Shown here piece after piece: positions 9,190 through 17,585 of a DNA stretch of 19,579 nt. The position numbers and the translations under genes were made by a program. This DNA comes from Elainellaceae cyanobacterium (GTDB lineage Bacteria > Cyanobacteriota > Cyanobacteriia > CAZCXK01): positions 1-19,579 of the forward strand of contig JBNPEG010000155.1 of NCBI GenBank assembly GCA_051117555.1. Direction: 5' to 3'. Position 1 is the stretch's first letter, and every line of letters begins with the position of its first letter. A model generated the notes under the pieces. That model saw only the letters and a list, made by a program, of their open reading frames with translations, had not been told where the DNA came from and made no database searches.

Positions 9190-9273
9190 ATCAAACGATT
9201 CTCACCTCTTTATCTAAATCTAACAGTCAGTGCATACTAGCGGTGAAATTTAAGCTTGATTTTGATTCAGACT

Positions 9274-9303
9274 TAAATCTGCATCTAGTAAATCTGCATC
9301 TAG
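9274..9303. repeat. Perfect tandem repeat TAAATCTGCATCTAG x2
   Basis: Direct reading, 85-115 bp upstream of furC. A degenerate related segment tgcatactagcggtgaaatt lies at about 9231-9250. Confidence 0.8.
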
Positions 9304-9573
9304 GTGAATTCATTTAGCACAGATCAAGATTAACAATCTGGCTAAATTCAGCATTACCTGATGAGTAAAATCATCGCTTAGACTGACGAATGCCTTCTTG
9401 TTTGAAACCACGTTAATGATGATGGAACGCTTGGGATGACTACCCTAACCATTAACAATCATCAATCCGATACTGGCCGCGCCAGTTTTTCGATAGAGTC
9501 GTTAGACTCTATTCATGCAAGCCTGGCAGCGAATCGAATGGGTGCGGATATATCCTTATGCGAACTCAGTACA

Positions 9574-9603
9574 ACTTTAACTTAAATTGCTTCAAAATGT
9601 CTA
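9574..9603 (-). promoter_or_regulatory. Putative sigma70-type promoter facing furC
   Basis: Minus strand TAGACA-N18-TAAAGT; would imply a leader of about 380 nt. Confidence 0.4.
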
Positions 9604-9733
9604 CTAAACCCCGATGTCACGGTATATAAGCCGCTTTTATGGAGTAGATTTCCGATAGAATCGATCGCGCGATCGCCCAATGCTGGCTTAGGCTAGGTAT
9701 TGAGTTTGCATACTAACACTGCGAAATAGCTCG

Positions 9734-10213
9734 ATGGCAACGAATATCCAACTCAGCAAAGAGCACATTCATCAACTCGACATTTCACCCGCCCAAACTA
9801 TTGTGGATAGCGGGTTAGAGAAGGGGGCGATCGCCATTCAGTCTCAGCAAATCCGGTTTGATATCAACTATCCCCGCGACCCGTCTGACCCACGTGAATT
9901 GTCAGAGATTCCTGAAATTCGGCTGTGGTTCATTCGTCTCGATTCATACTATCCCTGGCTGCCCGTTGCCTTAGATTGGGAAACCGGAGAGCTCGGTCGC
10001 TATGCGGCGATGTTGGTTCCACACCAATTTAGTCCTACCGAAGGCATCCAATACAACCCTGAAGCGCTTGAGATTTTTGTGATGCAAAAGGTGTTTACCA
10101 TTACGCTTTGGGCACAACAGCACGGAATTTCAAGCCGAAATAGGCTCAAAATGATGACTCAAGTGTTGGGATATGAGCTAGACGATAGCTTATTTGACGT
10201 GCTAAGTGATTAA
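9734..10213 (+). CDS. CRR6-family NdhI maturation factor (DUF1817)
   Basis: YPRDPSDPRELSEIPEIRLWFIRLDS.YPWLP..LDW..GEL.RYAAMLVPHQFS..EGI.YNPEALEIFVM.K signature. Confidence 0.92.
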   Translation: MATNIQLSKEHIHQLDISPAQTIVDSGLEKGAIAIQSQQIRFDINYPRDPSDPRELSEIPEIRLWFIRLDSYYPWLPVALDWETGELGRYAAMLVPHQFSPTEGIQYNPEALEIFVMQKVFTITLWAQQHGISSRNRLKMMTQVLGYELDDSLFDVLSD

Positions 10214-10221
10214 ACCGAAGG

Positions 10222-12042
10222 TTATATATCGCTTGTGGATGCTGACTTTGAAATAGGCAAGACAACGCTGATAGTGGTGCCTTGTTCAAGTGCAGATTCA
10301 ATAGTAAGGCGCCCCCCATGAGATTCTACGATGCGTTTGACGATGGCTAGCCCTAGTCCATTTCCGGATGATTTGGTCGTAAAGAAAGGTTTGGTCAGTT
10401 TAGGGAGGATTTCGGCAGGAATGGGCTCGCCGTCGTTGTGGATTTGAATGGAAACGTGGTGGTGAGTCGGTTCACATAAAGTTCTGCATGTGACGGCGTT
10501 ACCGGGAGGAGACGCGTCGCAGGCGTTTTCAAACAGGTTGATAAAAACTTGCTTAAGCTTGTCGCGATCGCCCGTGATGATCACAGGATCGCTGGGCTTG
10601 CAGAACTCCAGCTTCAGCCCCACTGACGTTGGCATTCCGCATAAGGTATCCAAAACGTCTGATAAAAATTTTCCTAGATTAATGTCGGTCGTTTGCAGCG
10701 TTTGGCGTTTAGCATAGAGCAAAATTTCGCTGAGCAATCGCTGTAGGCGATCGCCCTCTTCTAAGGCTAGTTCGAGGCGAGCATGGGCTCGTTCGGGAAG
10801 CTCTAAGCTTTTAAACGAATTAAGCCCCATTAGAACCGTTGTTAGCGGATTGCGCACCTCATGAACGATCATGGCCGCAAGTTCACCAATCTCAGCCAGC
10901 CGTTCAAGCGCTTTTTCGGCCTGTTTGCGTTCGGTGATATCTCGCGCCAACGAGAGTCGTAGGCGATCGCCCCCCCAGTCAAAAGACGTTGTTCTCACCT
11001 CGACCGGAAAGCTAGTGCCGTCTTTTCGCTGATGAATGCCCACCGACGTAACCGGAATGCCCGAGTCAGCCTTTTGATAAATTTCTCGGATCTGCTCTGG
11101 CGTTAATGCTTTCTGAATCTCTTGAACCTTTAAGCCAATTAGTTCTTGACGACTATAGCCTAGCCATTCACACGCCTGATGATTGACATCGACGATTTCG
11201 CCATCACAGTTAATGATAAAAAATGCGTCCGCCGCTTGCTCAACCAAATTGCGAAATCGTTGCTCACTTTGACGGAGTGATTCTTCGACCTGTTTACGTT
11301 CAGTGATTGCTTCGGTGACCTGATTAAACATTTGGTTGAATGCCACGATCACATCCCCTAGTTCATCGCGACGACAGATTGAACCGGAATAAAACTCAGG
11401 CATGGGCTCATCATTGCGTGTAGCTTTGCCCGCTCTCAATAGGTCGCGTCGTAGCATCAAAACCGGGGTGATCAGCAATGGCTCTAGCACTACCATTGTG
11501 GCAACGGTTACAAACACCGAGATGATAAGAACAAGTCCAGCAATCCGACCGACAAATGCTACGAGTTCTTGCCTGACGGATGAGGCATCATGGCGCACAA
11601 TCAGGGTGTAATCCCCTTCCATTACGGGGATAGACCAAGCCGCATCATATCGATAGGTCGACCGATCGAGCTGACTTGCATTTTCGTTACCTTCAACGCT
11701 GGAGGGGGGGAGTTGGGGAGATTCGCCAAAATTACTGATCAGCTCTCCGGAATCTCGATATAAGGAAACCCCGACAATGCGCGGATTTTGCACGAGTCGT
11801 TGAACATCGATGATTATCTCGCCGTCTGATTTTTCGGAGAGGTTCATATCTCCAATGAGCCCGTTTGCCCACGCCATTGATAGCTCTTTCAAGTGGAGCA
11901 GTAGTTCGCGTTCGCGGCGATAGACCGACGGAATCAGAATGATAGCTTCGATAATGACAATGCTCGCAAATACCCAAAGCACAATGCGCCGAGACAAACG
12001 TGCCGTGAACAGATGGGAAAGCGCTCGAAGCCGAGTCGACAC
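10222..12042 (-). CDS. Membrane sensor histidine kinase (TM-extracytoplasmic-TM-HAMP-PAS-HisKA-HATPase)
   Basis: Two hydrophobic segments; RRDELGDVIVAFNQM (HAMP); PAS with RKDG...DITERK; H-box IVHEVRNPLT; N-box LKQVFINLFENA; PFFTTK and GNGLGL. AGAGGAG RBS before GTG 12042. Confidence 0.95.
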   Translation of the reverse strand: MSTRLRALSHLFTARLSRRIVLWVFASIVIIEAIILIPSVYRRERELLLHLKELSMAWANGLIGDMNLSEKSDGEIIIDVQRLVQNPRIVGVSLYRDSGELISNFGESPQLPPSSVEGNENASQLDRSTYRYDAAWSIPVMEGDYTLIVRHDASSVRQELVAFVGRIAGLVLIISVFVTVATMVVLEPLLITPVLMLRRDLLRAGKATRNDEPMPEFYSGSICRRDELGDVIVAFNQMFNQVTEAITERKQVEESLRQSEQRFRNLVEQAADAFFIINCDGEIVDVNHQACEWLGYSRQELIGLKVQEIQKALTPEQIREIYQKADSGIPVTSVGIHQRKDGTSFPVEVRTTSFDWGGDRLRLSLARDITERKQAEKALERLAEIGELAAMIVHEVRNPLTTVLMGLNSFKSLELPERAHARLELALEEGDRLQRLLSEILLYAKRQTLQTTDINLGKFLSDVLDTLCGMPTSVGLKLEFCKPSDPVIITGDRDKLKQVFINLFENACDASPPGNAVTCRTLCEPTHHHVSIQIHNDGEPIPAEILPKLTKPFFTTKSSGNGLGLAIVKRIVESHGGRLTIESALEQGTTISVVLPISKSASTSDI

Positions 12043-12288
12043 TAGGCTAACACTCCTCTATGGGTTAACACGAAAGGGCACAACAGCGATTGACGTAACG
12101 GAGGCAGTGATCGATATCGAATTATCGACATCATAGTGGATGCAGTGCGAGATTATCAGGGTAGCTGGAGCGATACTCAGTAGGCAGTAGCGGGTTTCGA
12201 AGCTATGATAACTTGCGACTAGCTTACCGTTTCTCGCTTTACCATGTATAGCAACCGCTCAGACCCTTGTGTCGGTTCGACTTCTCCC

Positions 12289-12342
12289 TTAGGGGCCTGT
12301 TAACCAATGAGCTCATGGTGGTTTGCGTTAAGCTGCCCCTAA
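12289..12342. repeat. Nested inverted repeat (stem-loop) in the HK-RR spacer
   Basis: TTAGGGGC (12289-12296) pairs with GCCCCTAA (12335-12342); inner TTAAC/GTTAA and palindrome ATGAGCTCAT. Confidence 0.55.
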
Positions 12343-12450
12343 CAACACCCTATGGCGCAATCAAACTATGACGGTGTCTCTTTGACGTTGTTTCTTTGCA
12401 GACTCTATGCCTTAGATTCTGGTTGCTTCTAGATCGACGCATTATACAAA

Positions 12451-12470
12451 ATGTCTCTGCGTAGAGACGT
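12451..12470. repeat. Short hairpin with GTAGAGACGT (GTAG-type REP-like remnant)
   Basis: atgtctct-gcgt-agagacgt. GTAGAGACG is a recalled cyanobacterial REP head. Confidence 0.4.
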
Positions 12471-12526
12471 GCCTGTGATAGTTCTAGATCCGGCTCATCA
12501 CAGTGTTCCCCATTCACTACTAGGCA

Positions 12527-12925
12527 CTACACAGGCGCACTACACGGGTATGGAGAGTGAGTCGTGCCGCGCAAATGATTTTTGACCGTTGTGATCAGTT
12601 GCTCAATGCTAAATGGCTTGACCATATAATCGTTTGCGCCCGCCTTCAAACCTGTGCGGCGATCGCCGTCTGAATCCATTGCTGTAACAAAGATAATCGG
12701 AATTTGACTGCCCGCCTGCCTCAGACGACGACAAATTTCTAACCCCGATAAACCCGGCAAGCACCAGTCCAAAATAATCAGATCCGGTTTAATATCTTCG
12801 ATCGCCGAAAAACCAGTTTTCCCGTCATGTCTGACGCTAACGCAATATCCCTGATCGGCGAGTTCTAACTGAACAATGCGGGCAAGCCGTTGCTGATCTT
12901 CGACTAACAAAATGTGAGAATTCAC
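12527..12925 (-). CDS. Single-domain response regulator (OmpR-like receiver, no output domain)
   Basis: ILLVED, PDLIILDWCLPGLSG (phospho-Asp), IIFVTA, DYMVKPF. GGAGG RBS favours GTG 12925 over 12934. Confidence 0.92.
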   Translation of the reverse strand: MNSHILLVEDQQRLARIVQLELADQGYCVSVRHDGKTGFSAIEDIKPDLIILDWCLPGLSGLEICRRLRQAGSQIPIIFVTAMDSDGDRRTGLKAGANDYMVKPFSIEQLITTVKNHLRGTTHSPYPCSAPV

Positions 12926-13041
12926 TATCCCCACCTCCTAACCATGCGAGCACTATATTTCGTCTATTATTTAGAATCGCCGATCATGCTGAGATCGCTC
13001 TGAAGCGATTCTGAGCTAAACCTGAGAGTTTGTGAGATTCG

Positions 13042-13644
13042 TCACACAGCCTCAACTAAAGGGGGAAGAGTGCGAATGAGCCACTGAACGGCATCTGCTA
13101 AATCACGGGCTACGTAGTCGGGACGGGTATGATGCTGATAGTCTCCCTTAACAACGCGATCGCCATATCCCGTCTGCACTAAGATTCCAGTGCAGCCAGC
13201 ATTGTGGGCAAGATCCACATCGGTTGCTTTATCTCCAATCATCACGCTGTTTGCCAGATTGAGATCGTGCTGCCAAGCCGCCGCCACGAGCATACCGGTA
13301 TTGGGCTTACGCCACGTCGTCCATCGGCTAAATTCAGGAACGACGCCCCCCTCGGGAGGGCTTAAATCAGGACAGTAATAGAGTGCATCCAGCGTTGCTC
13401 CTGCCTCATCGTTTAACAATCGACATAGCCTCTCATGCAATGCATCAACATGGCAGCGAGGATAATATCCCCGTGCCGGACCTGACTGATTAGATACCAG
13501 ACAACAAAACCAGCCGCGATCGTTAAGCTGCCGCACAGCCTGAGCGGCACCTGGAACTAGCCGAAGATCATCAACGCGGCGAATGTATCCTGCCTCAATG
13601 TTGAGGACCCCATCTCGATCAAGAAACACCGCAGGCTTCATCAT
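13042..13644 (-). CDS. gmhB: HAD-IIIA phosphatase, GmhB (heptose-bisphosphate phosphatase)-like
   Basis: AVFLDRDGVLN, VSNQSG, RKPNTGM, MIGDKATD, LVQTGYG. Confidence 0.85.
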   Translation of the reverse strand: MMKPAVFLDRDGVLNIEAGYIRRVDDLRLVPGAAQAVRQLNDRGWFCCLVSNQSGPARGYYPRCHVDALHERLCRLLNDEAGATLDALYYCPDLSPPEGGVVPEFSRWTTWRKPNTGMLVAAAWQHDLNLANSVMIGDKATDVDLAHNAGCTGILVQTGYGDRVVKGDYQHHTRPDYVARDLADAVQWLIRTLPPLVEAV

Positions 13645-13684
13645 AGGTAGGTAATTCCTAAGCCCTCTTGGTCATAAGCTCTCC

Positions 13685-14647
13685 TCAACCGCCCCAAACT
13701 TTTTCCAATACTGCATCAGGCGAAATATCAGCCATCTTGCCAGTTGGCGATTTGATGCCAATAAATTTATCATCCGCAGGCAAAAGCTTTCCCGGATCGG
13801 TCGGACCAAACAATGCCAGCGTGTAAACCTGAAGCGCAACGGCTAAGTGCATCGGAGCGCTGTCTGTGCAAAGCATCAAATTTGCTCCTGCAATGATGGC
13901 AGCAAGCTTGCCCACATCGCTCGGCTGCACAACATGAATACCCGGACACGATTGGGTCAATGTCGATACAAACTCTTTATCCTCAGGGCCTTGCACCATA
14001 ACCAAGGGAAGATCGGGCTGACGATTTTGAAAGTCTTCCACGATGGCTCGCCAGCTTTTAGCCGGATAAATTTTGTCGATTCCTTTCGACTGAGCTAGAC
14101 GGCTTGATCCCCCGTGAATCAGAACGTAGCCCTGATCGCCCAAGCCAAGCCGCTTGCATTCGCTATTGGCCCATTCGATGTCTCCTTTGGGGACGTTGAT
14201 AGACAGAGGAGGACATGGATTGCGAATATCTAAACCCTTGAGCAAGTCATGATACATTTGCGCAGCATATTGCTCAGTCTTCAGAGACACCGAGTTTGTT
14301 AGAAAAAAGCTCCCAATGCTGCTTTCATAGCTCACTCGGATGGGAGTTCCTGTTAGCCACAGCAACACGCCCACCGACCAGCGACTTCCTAGGGAAATGG
14401 CAATGTCATAGTAGCGATCGCGAATGATACCTAGGAGATTTGCCCAATCTGCTGGACTATTTCGATCCTTAAAGTCGAACGGGATCACGCCGCTGACGGA
14501 TTTGCAAACCCGATAAGCGCCTTTTGCTCTAGGTTCAACTACCACATCAATATCGACGGCTGGGTATGCCTGCTTCAAATCATCCAGAGTTGGGAAGAAA
14601 AGAATCTGGTCACCAATCCCGCCAGGGACAAGAGCCACTACTCGCAT
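13685..14647 (-). CDS. Glycosyltransferase family 9 (heptosyltransferase-like; resembles plant PnsB1/NDF1)
   Basis: GGIGDQILFFP..DLK..YP, HGG, and DSAPMHLAVAL...TLALFGPT (GT9 signature). Confidence 0.9.
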   Translation of the reverse strand: MRVVALVPGGIGDQILFFPTLDDLKQAYPAVDIDVVVEPRAKGAYRVCKSVSGVIPFDFKDRNSPADWANLLGIIRDRYYDIAISLGSRWSVGVLLWLTGTPIRVSYESSIGSFFLTNSVSLKTEQYAAQMYHDLLKGLDIRNPCPPLSINVPKGDIEWANSECKRLGLGDQGYVLIHGGSSRLAQSKGIDKIYPAKSWRAIVEDFQNRQPDLPLVMVQGPEDKEFVSTLTQSCPGIHVVQPSDVGKLAAIIAGANLMLCTDSAPMHLAVALQVYTLALFGPTDPGKLLPADDKFIGIKSPTGKMADISPDAVLEKVWGG

Positions 14648-14824
14648 AATATTTTGTTACGATGTTCGCCCCTTATTTTAGGGGAAGAGACACCAATCCA
14701 GAAGACAAATTTGATCATTTTAGAGGTCTCTAGCTACCTCAATCGCTTCAAGGATAGCTCCCAACACGGTACGATGTCAGGGACTTGGAAATTTAAGAAT
14801 TTGCGATCGCAGGTGAGGACGGCA

Positions 14825-15514
14825 GTGCACTTACTGATTCCAGCGGCAGGGCAAGGGCGGCGTATGGGGAGCATGCGGAATAAGCTACTCCTCACGCTTC
14901 TAGGGCGTCCGTTGCTCGCCTGGACTCTAGAGGCGGCTAATGCATCCCAGCAGATTCATTGGATTGGCATTGTGGGCCAGCCTCTCGATTGGCAAGCCTT
15001 TAAAGACATTGTTTCAGATTTAGACTTAACGAAGCCCGTCGAATTTATCCAAGGTGGCTCAACCCGTCAAGAATCAGTCTATAACGGGCTGAGCGCGCTT
15101 CCAGACCAAGCTGAACGAGTCTTGATCCATGATGGGGCTCGATGTTTAGCGACGCCCGCCCTGTTTGATCGGTGTGCAGACGCTCTTGAGCATTGTCCTG
15201 GTTTGATTGCGGCAGTTCCAGTCAAAGATACGATCAAAATCGTGAAGCCAGGAACCCATCACATTGAACATACACCCGATCGCCAAAATTTGTGGGCAGC
15301 ACAAACACCCCAGGGGTTTTTGGTCAGTCGGCTAAAAGAATGTCATCGCCAAGGGCTCGAAAACGGCTGGAGGGTGACAGATGACGCAGCTCTATTTGAA
15401 CAGTGTGGTCTACCCGTGCAAGTTGTAGAGGGAGAAGAGACGAATCTGAAAGTCACCACGCCTTCTGATCTTGCTATTGCTGAATTGATTTTGCGATCGC
15501 GCGAGGTGCAATAA
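14825..15514 (+). CDS. ispD: 2-C-methyl-D-erythritol 4-phosphate cytidylyltransferase
   Basis: LIPAAGQGRRMG..RNK, GGSTRQESV, IHDGARCL, PVKDTIK, AQTPQGF, VTDDA, NLKVTTP.D. GTG start at 14825 with GAGG RBS. Confidence 0.97.
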   Translation: MHLLIPAAGQGRRMGSMRNKLLLTLLGRPLLAWTLEAANASQQIHWIGIVGQPLDWQAFKDIVSDLDLTKPVEFIQGGSTRQESVYNGLSALPDQAERVLIHDGARCLATPALFDRCADALEHCPGLIAAVPVKDTIKIVKPGTHHIEHTPDRQNLWAAQTPQGFLVSRLKECHRQGLENGWRVTDDAALFEQCGLPVQVVEGEETNLKVTTPSDLAIAELILRSREVQ

Positions 15515-15518
15515 CAGG

Positions 15519-15557
15519 GACGTCTCTGGCTTAATACTCTAACGTCAGAGAGTGTCG
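15519..15557. terminator. Imperfect hairpin between convergent ispD and TPR genes
   Basis: gacgtctctg...cagagagtgtc imperfect stem in a 61-bp convergent spacer. Confidence 0.35.
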
Positions 15558-15575
15558 CTGATTTAAATACGCGCC

Positions 15576-16706
15576 CTAAAGCTCTTCAAGAACTGCCTCC
15601 ACCCTTTCAACAGCCTCCCTATTTCCTTGTTGGTCATAGAGGGTGCGAGCCTGTTCTAGAGCGGCGATCGCCTCTTGGGTGCGATCGCGGCCTTGCAGAG
15701 CCACCCCCAATTTGTAGTAGCCGTCGGGATTGCTAGGCTGGAGTTCGACAAATTCTCGATAGGCAATAATCGCCCGCAAATAGTCTTGCTGTTCTAGCCA
15801 GATATCGCCAATTAGAACATGGGCTTCTGAAAGGCTAGGTTGCAGTGCTGCTGCATGTTGATAGGCGTCAATGGCTGCTTCAACATTATTTTGAGCCCTT
15901 AGCAAGTCGCCAATCTGAAGATGCACTTGGGCATTGCGAGGATCAAGATTCGCCGCTTGCTGGAATTCTGCTAATCCTGCTGCTAAGTCTCCCAAATTTA
16001 CCCAAGCGACACCCAGATTGAGGTGCAAGGTGCTTTGCTGATTACGCGGAGCAAATTCGACTGCTTGTTCTAGCACGTCAATCGCCTCTTGATATCGCCC
16101 TTGACGAATAAAGGCGGCTCCAATAAATTCGCCTGCTTGAAGATTGTTGGGCTGTAGCTCAAGGACACGCTCATAGGCGGCGATCGCCTCAGGATAATTG
16201 CCCTGGCGTGCCATCACAACGCCGAGACCGAGATAGGCTTCGATATTATCAGTGCTGAGTTCGACAACGCGGCGATACGCATTTGCCGCCTCAGCATAGT
16301 TATCGAGATTCGCTCGAATGTAGCCCAGAGCAAAGTAAAAATCTGGATTGTCATCATCAAGGGCGATCGCCCGTTCGTAGGACCTCGCTGCTGCTTGCAA
16401 ATCGCCCTGCTGAGCTTGCAAATATCCGATTCCTGAAAAAATTCGGGCATTACTCGGTTCTAGCGTCGCTGCCTCCTGATAGACCGATAGCGCCTGAGCA
16501 TAGTCTTCTGTCTCGACCAATTCTTGCCCACGTCTGAGCAGATCATTGAGGCGATCATCATTTTGTGCCGATTGAGTAGAGGCTTGAGCGACAATCATCT
16601 CTAACGAGTGAGGTCGAATTTCCTCAGCTTGAACCGTCGTGTAAGACGTTAAAACAATAAATCCTCCCAGACACAAACTTCTAACCGATAGCATTAGATA
16701 CCTCAT
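15576..16706 (-). CDS. Tetratricopeptide-repeat protein with probable signal peptide
   Basis: About 9 consecutive 34-aa repeats (e.g. AYLGLGVVMARQGNYPEAIAAYERVLELQP). N-terminal hydrophobic stretch ending VQA|EE. Start taken as ATG 16706. Confidence 0.92.
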   Translation of the reverse strand: MRYLMLSVRSLCLGGFIVLTSYTTVQAEEIRPHSLEMIVAQASTQSAQNDDRLNDLLRRGQELVETEDYAQALSVYQEAATLEPSNARIFSGIGYLQAQQGDLQAAARSYERAIALDDDNPDFYFALGYIRANLDNYAEAANAYRRVVELSTDNIEAYLGLGVVMARQGNYPEAIAAYERVLELQPNNLQAGEFIGAAFIRQGRYQEAIDVLEQAVEFAPRNQQSTLHLNLGVAWVNLGDLAAGLAEFQQAANLDPRNAQVHLQIGDLLRAQNNVEAAIDAYQHAAALQPSLSEAHVLIGDIWLEQQDYLRAIIAYREFVELQPSNPDGYYKLGVALQGRDRTQEAIAALEQARTLYDQQGNREAVERVEAVLEEL

Positions 16707-16925
16707 GGGAACCTCACACACACTATTGCTAGTCCTCTGCTCGCTTCAAACCTGTCTAATGAGCGTTTATGGTAAATTACAGGGCTCACCCTAATCAATC
16801 AGGGCATTCACGCCGATCCAATTCGGAATTCCCCCAATTTCCATGAATGATTGACTCGGTTTATCTAAACCTTGATTAACCCGAAATCTGAAATAAGTTC
16901 TAACAGGAATTTCCAACACGACCTA

Positions 16926-16953
16926 TAGATTTGAACATGTAGATTTGAACATG
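16926..16953. repeat. Perfect tandem repeat TAGATTTGAACATG x2
   Basis: Direct reading, in the middle of the divergent TPR/ybjQ spacer. Confidence 0.8.
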
Positions 16954-17125
16954 AAACCGCCTAAAGCAGACGGGGATCAACGCCAACACTAAGCTTAACC
17001 AGAAATGGATGATAACGTTCTATCGATCCCCAAATTAATCCGAAATTTAGGCTAGGTTGGAAACATGTCCGGTGTCTGAACAAATCAGAGATTGAGCAAC
17101 TAAGGAAGAAAAATAGAGGTTTGTC

Positions 17126-17452
17126 ATGATTTTTGCCACAACAGATGTTGTTCAAGGCGGAGTCGTCGACTCATATCTAGGGGTTGTCACCTCCGAAGTC
17201 GTTTACGGGAGCAATGCCCTCCGTGATTTTTTTGCAGGCATCCGGGACATCATTGGCGGACGAACAGCCAGCTACGAACGTGTATTTAAGAAAGGCCAGC
17301 AAGAAGCCATTGATGAGCTAGGCAAACGAGCAGAAAAGCTAGGAGCCAATGCTGTCATTGGAATTCGGATTGACACGGGCACCATCAACATTGATGACAC
17401 GGGAGCAATGTTGCTAATTACTGCGACTGGCACTGCCGTAAGATTGCAGTGA
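17126..17452 (+). CDS. YbjQ/UPF0145 family protein
   Basis: YLGVV..EVVYG.N..RDFFAGIRDIIGGRT.SYE, A..LGANAVIG, ATGTAV; 108 aa; GAGG RBS. Confidence 0.95.
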   Translation: MIFATTDVVQGGVVDSYLGVVTSEVVYGSNALRDFFAGIRDIIGGRTASYERVFKKGQQEAIDELGKRAEKLGANAVIGIRIDTGTINIDDTGAMLLITATGTAVRLQ

Positions 17453-17585
17453 TTCGAGAAGGCACGATAGGTTTAAATCTACGCCAAGTTTGGCTCAGAA
17501 TCTGGAGTCTTCTCACGGCAGAATTCTAGTTCTAGGCTTAGATGAGGTTTAATTGCGATAGTCTAATGTATGGTGCGCAGTTGCT

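Noticed and set aside
9366..9385. TAAAATCATCGCTTAGACT as a FurC box
   Set aside because: Only a half-site resembles the consensus I recall, with no dyad symmetry.
12262..12297. GGTTCGAC resembling a tRNA T-loop or attachment site
   Set aside because: The flanks do not form a T stem, and there is no D arm, anticodon arm or acceptor stem, and no integrase nearby.
12060..12345. c-di-GMP-I riboswitch-like words (CGAAAGGG, ACGCAAAC, GTAGCGGG)
   Set aside because: They fall on different strands or with the wrong order and spacing, so the P1/P2 architecture cannot be built.
14654..14824. 57-aa N-terminal extension of IspD
   Set aside because: This is the divergent promoter region. GTG 14825 has an RBS and matches the family start MHLLIPAAG.
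16961..17155. 64-aa minus-strand ORF
   Set aside because: It overlaps the ybjQ start antisense and has no protein-like features.
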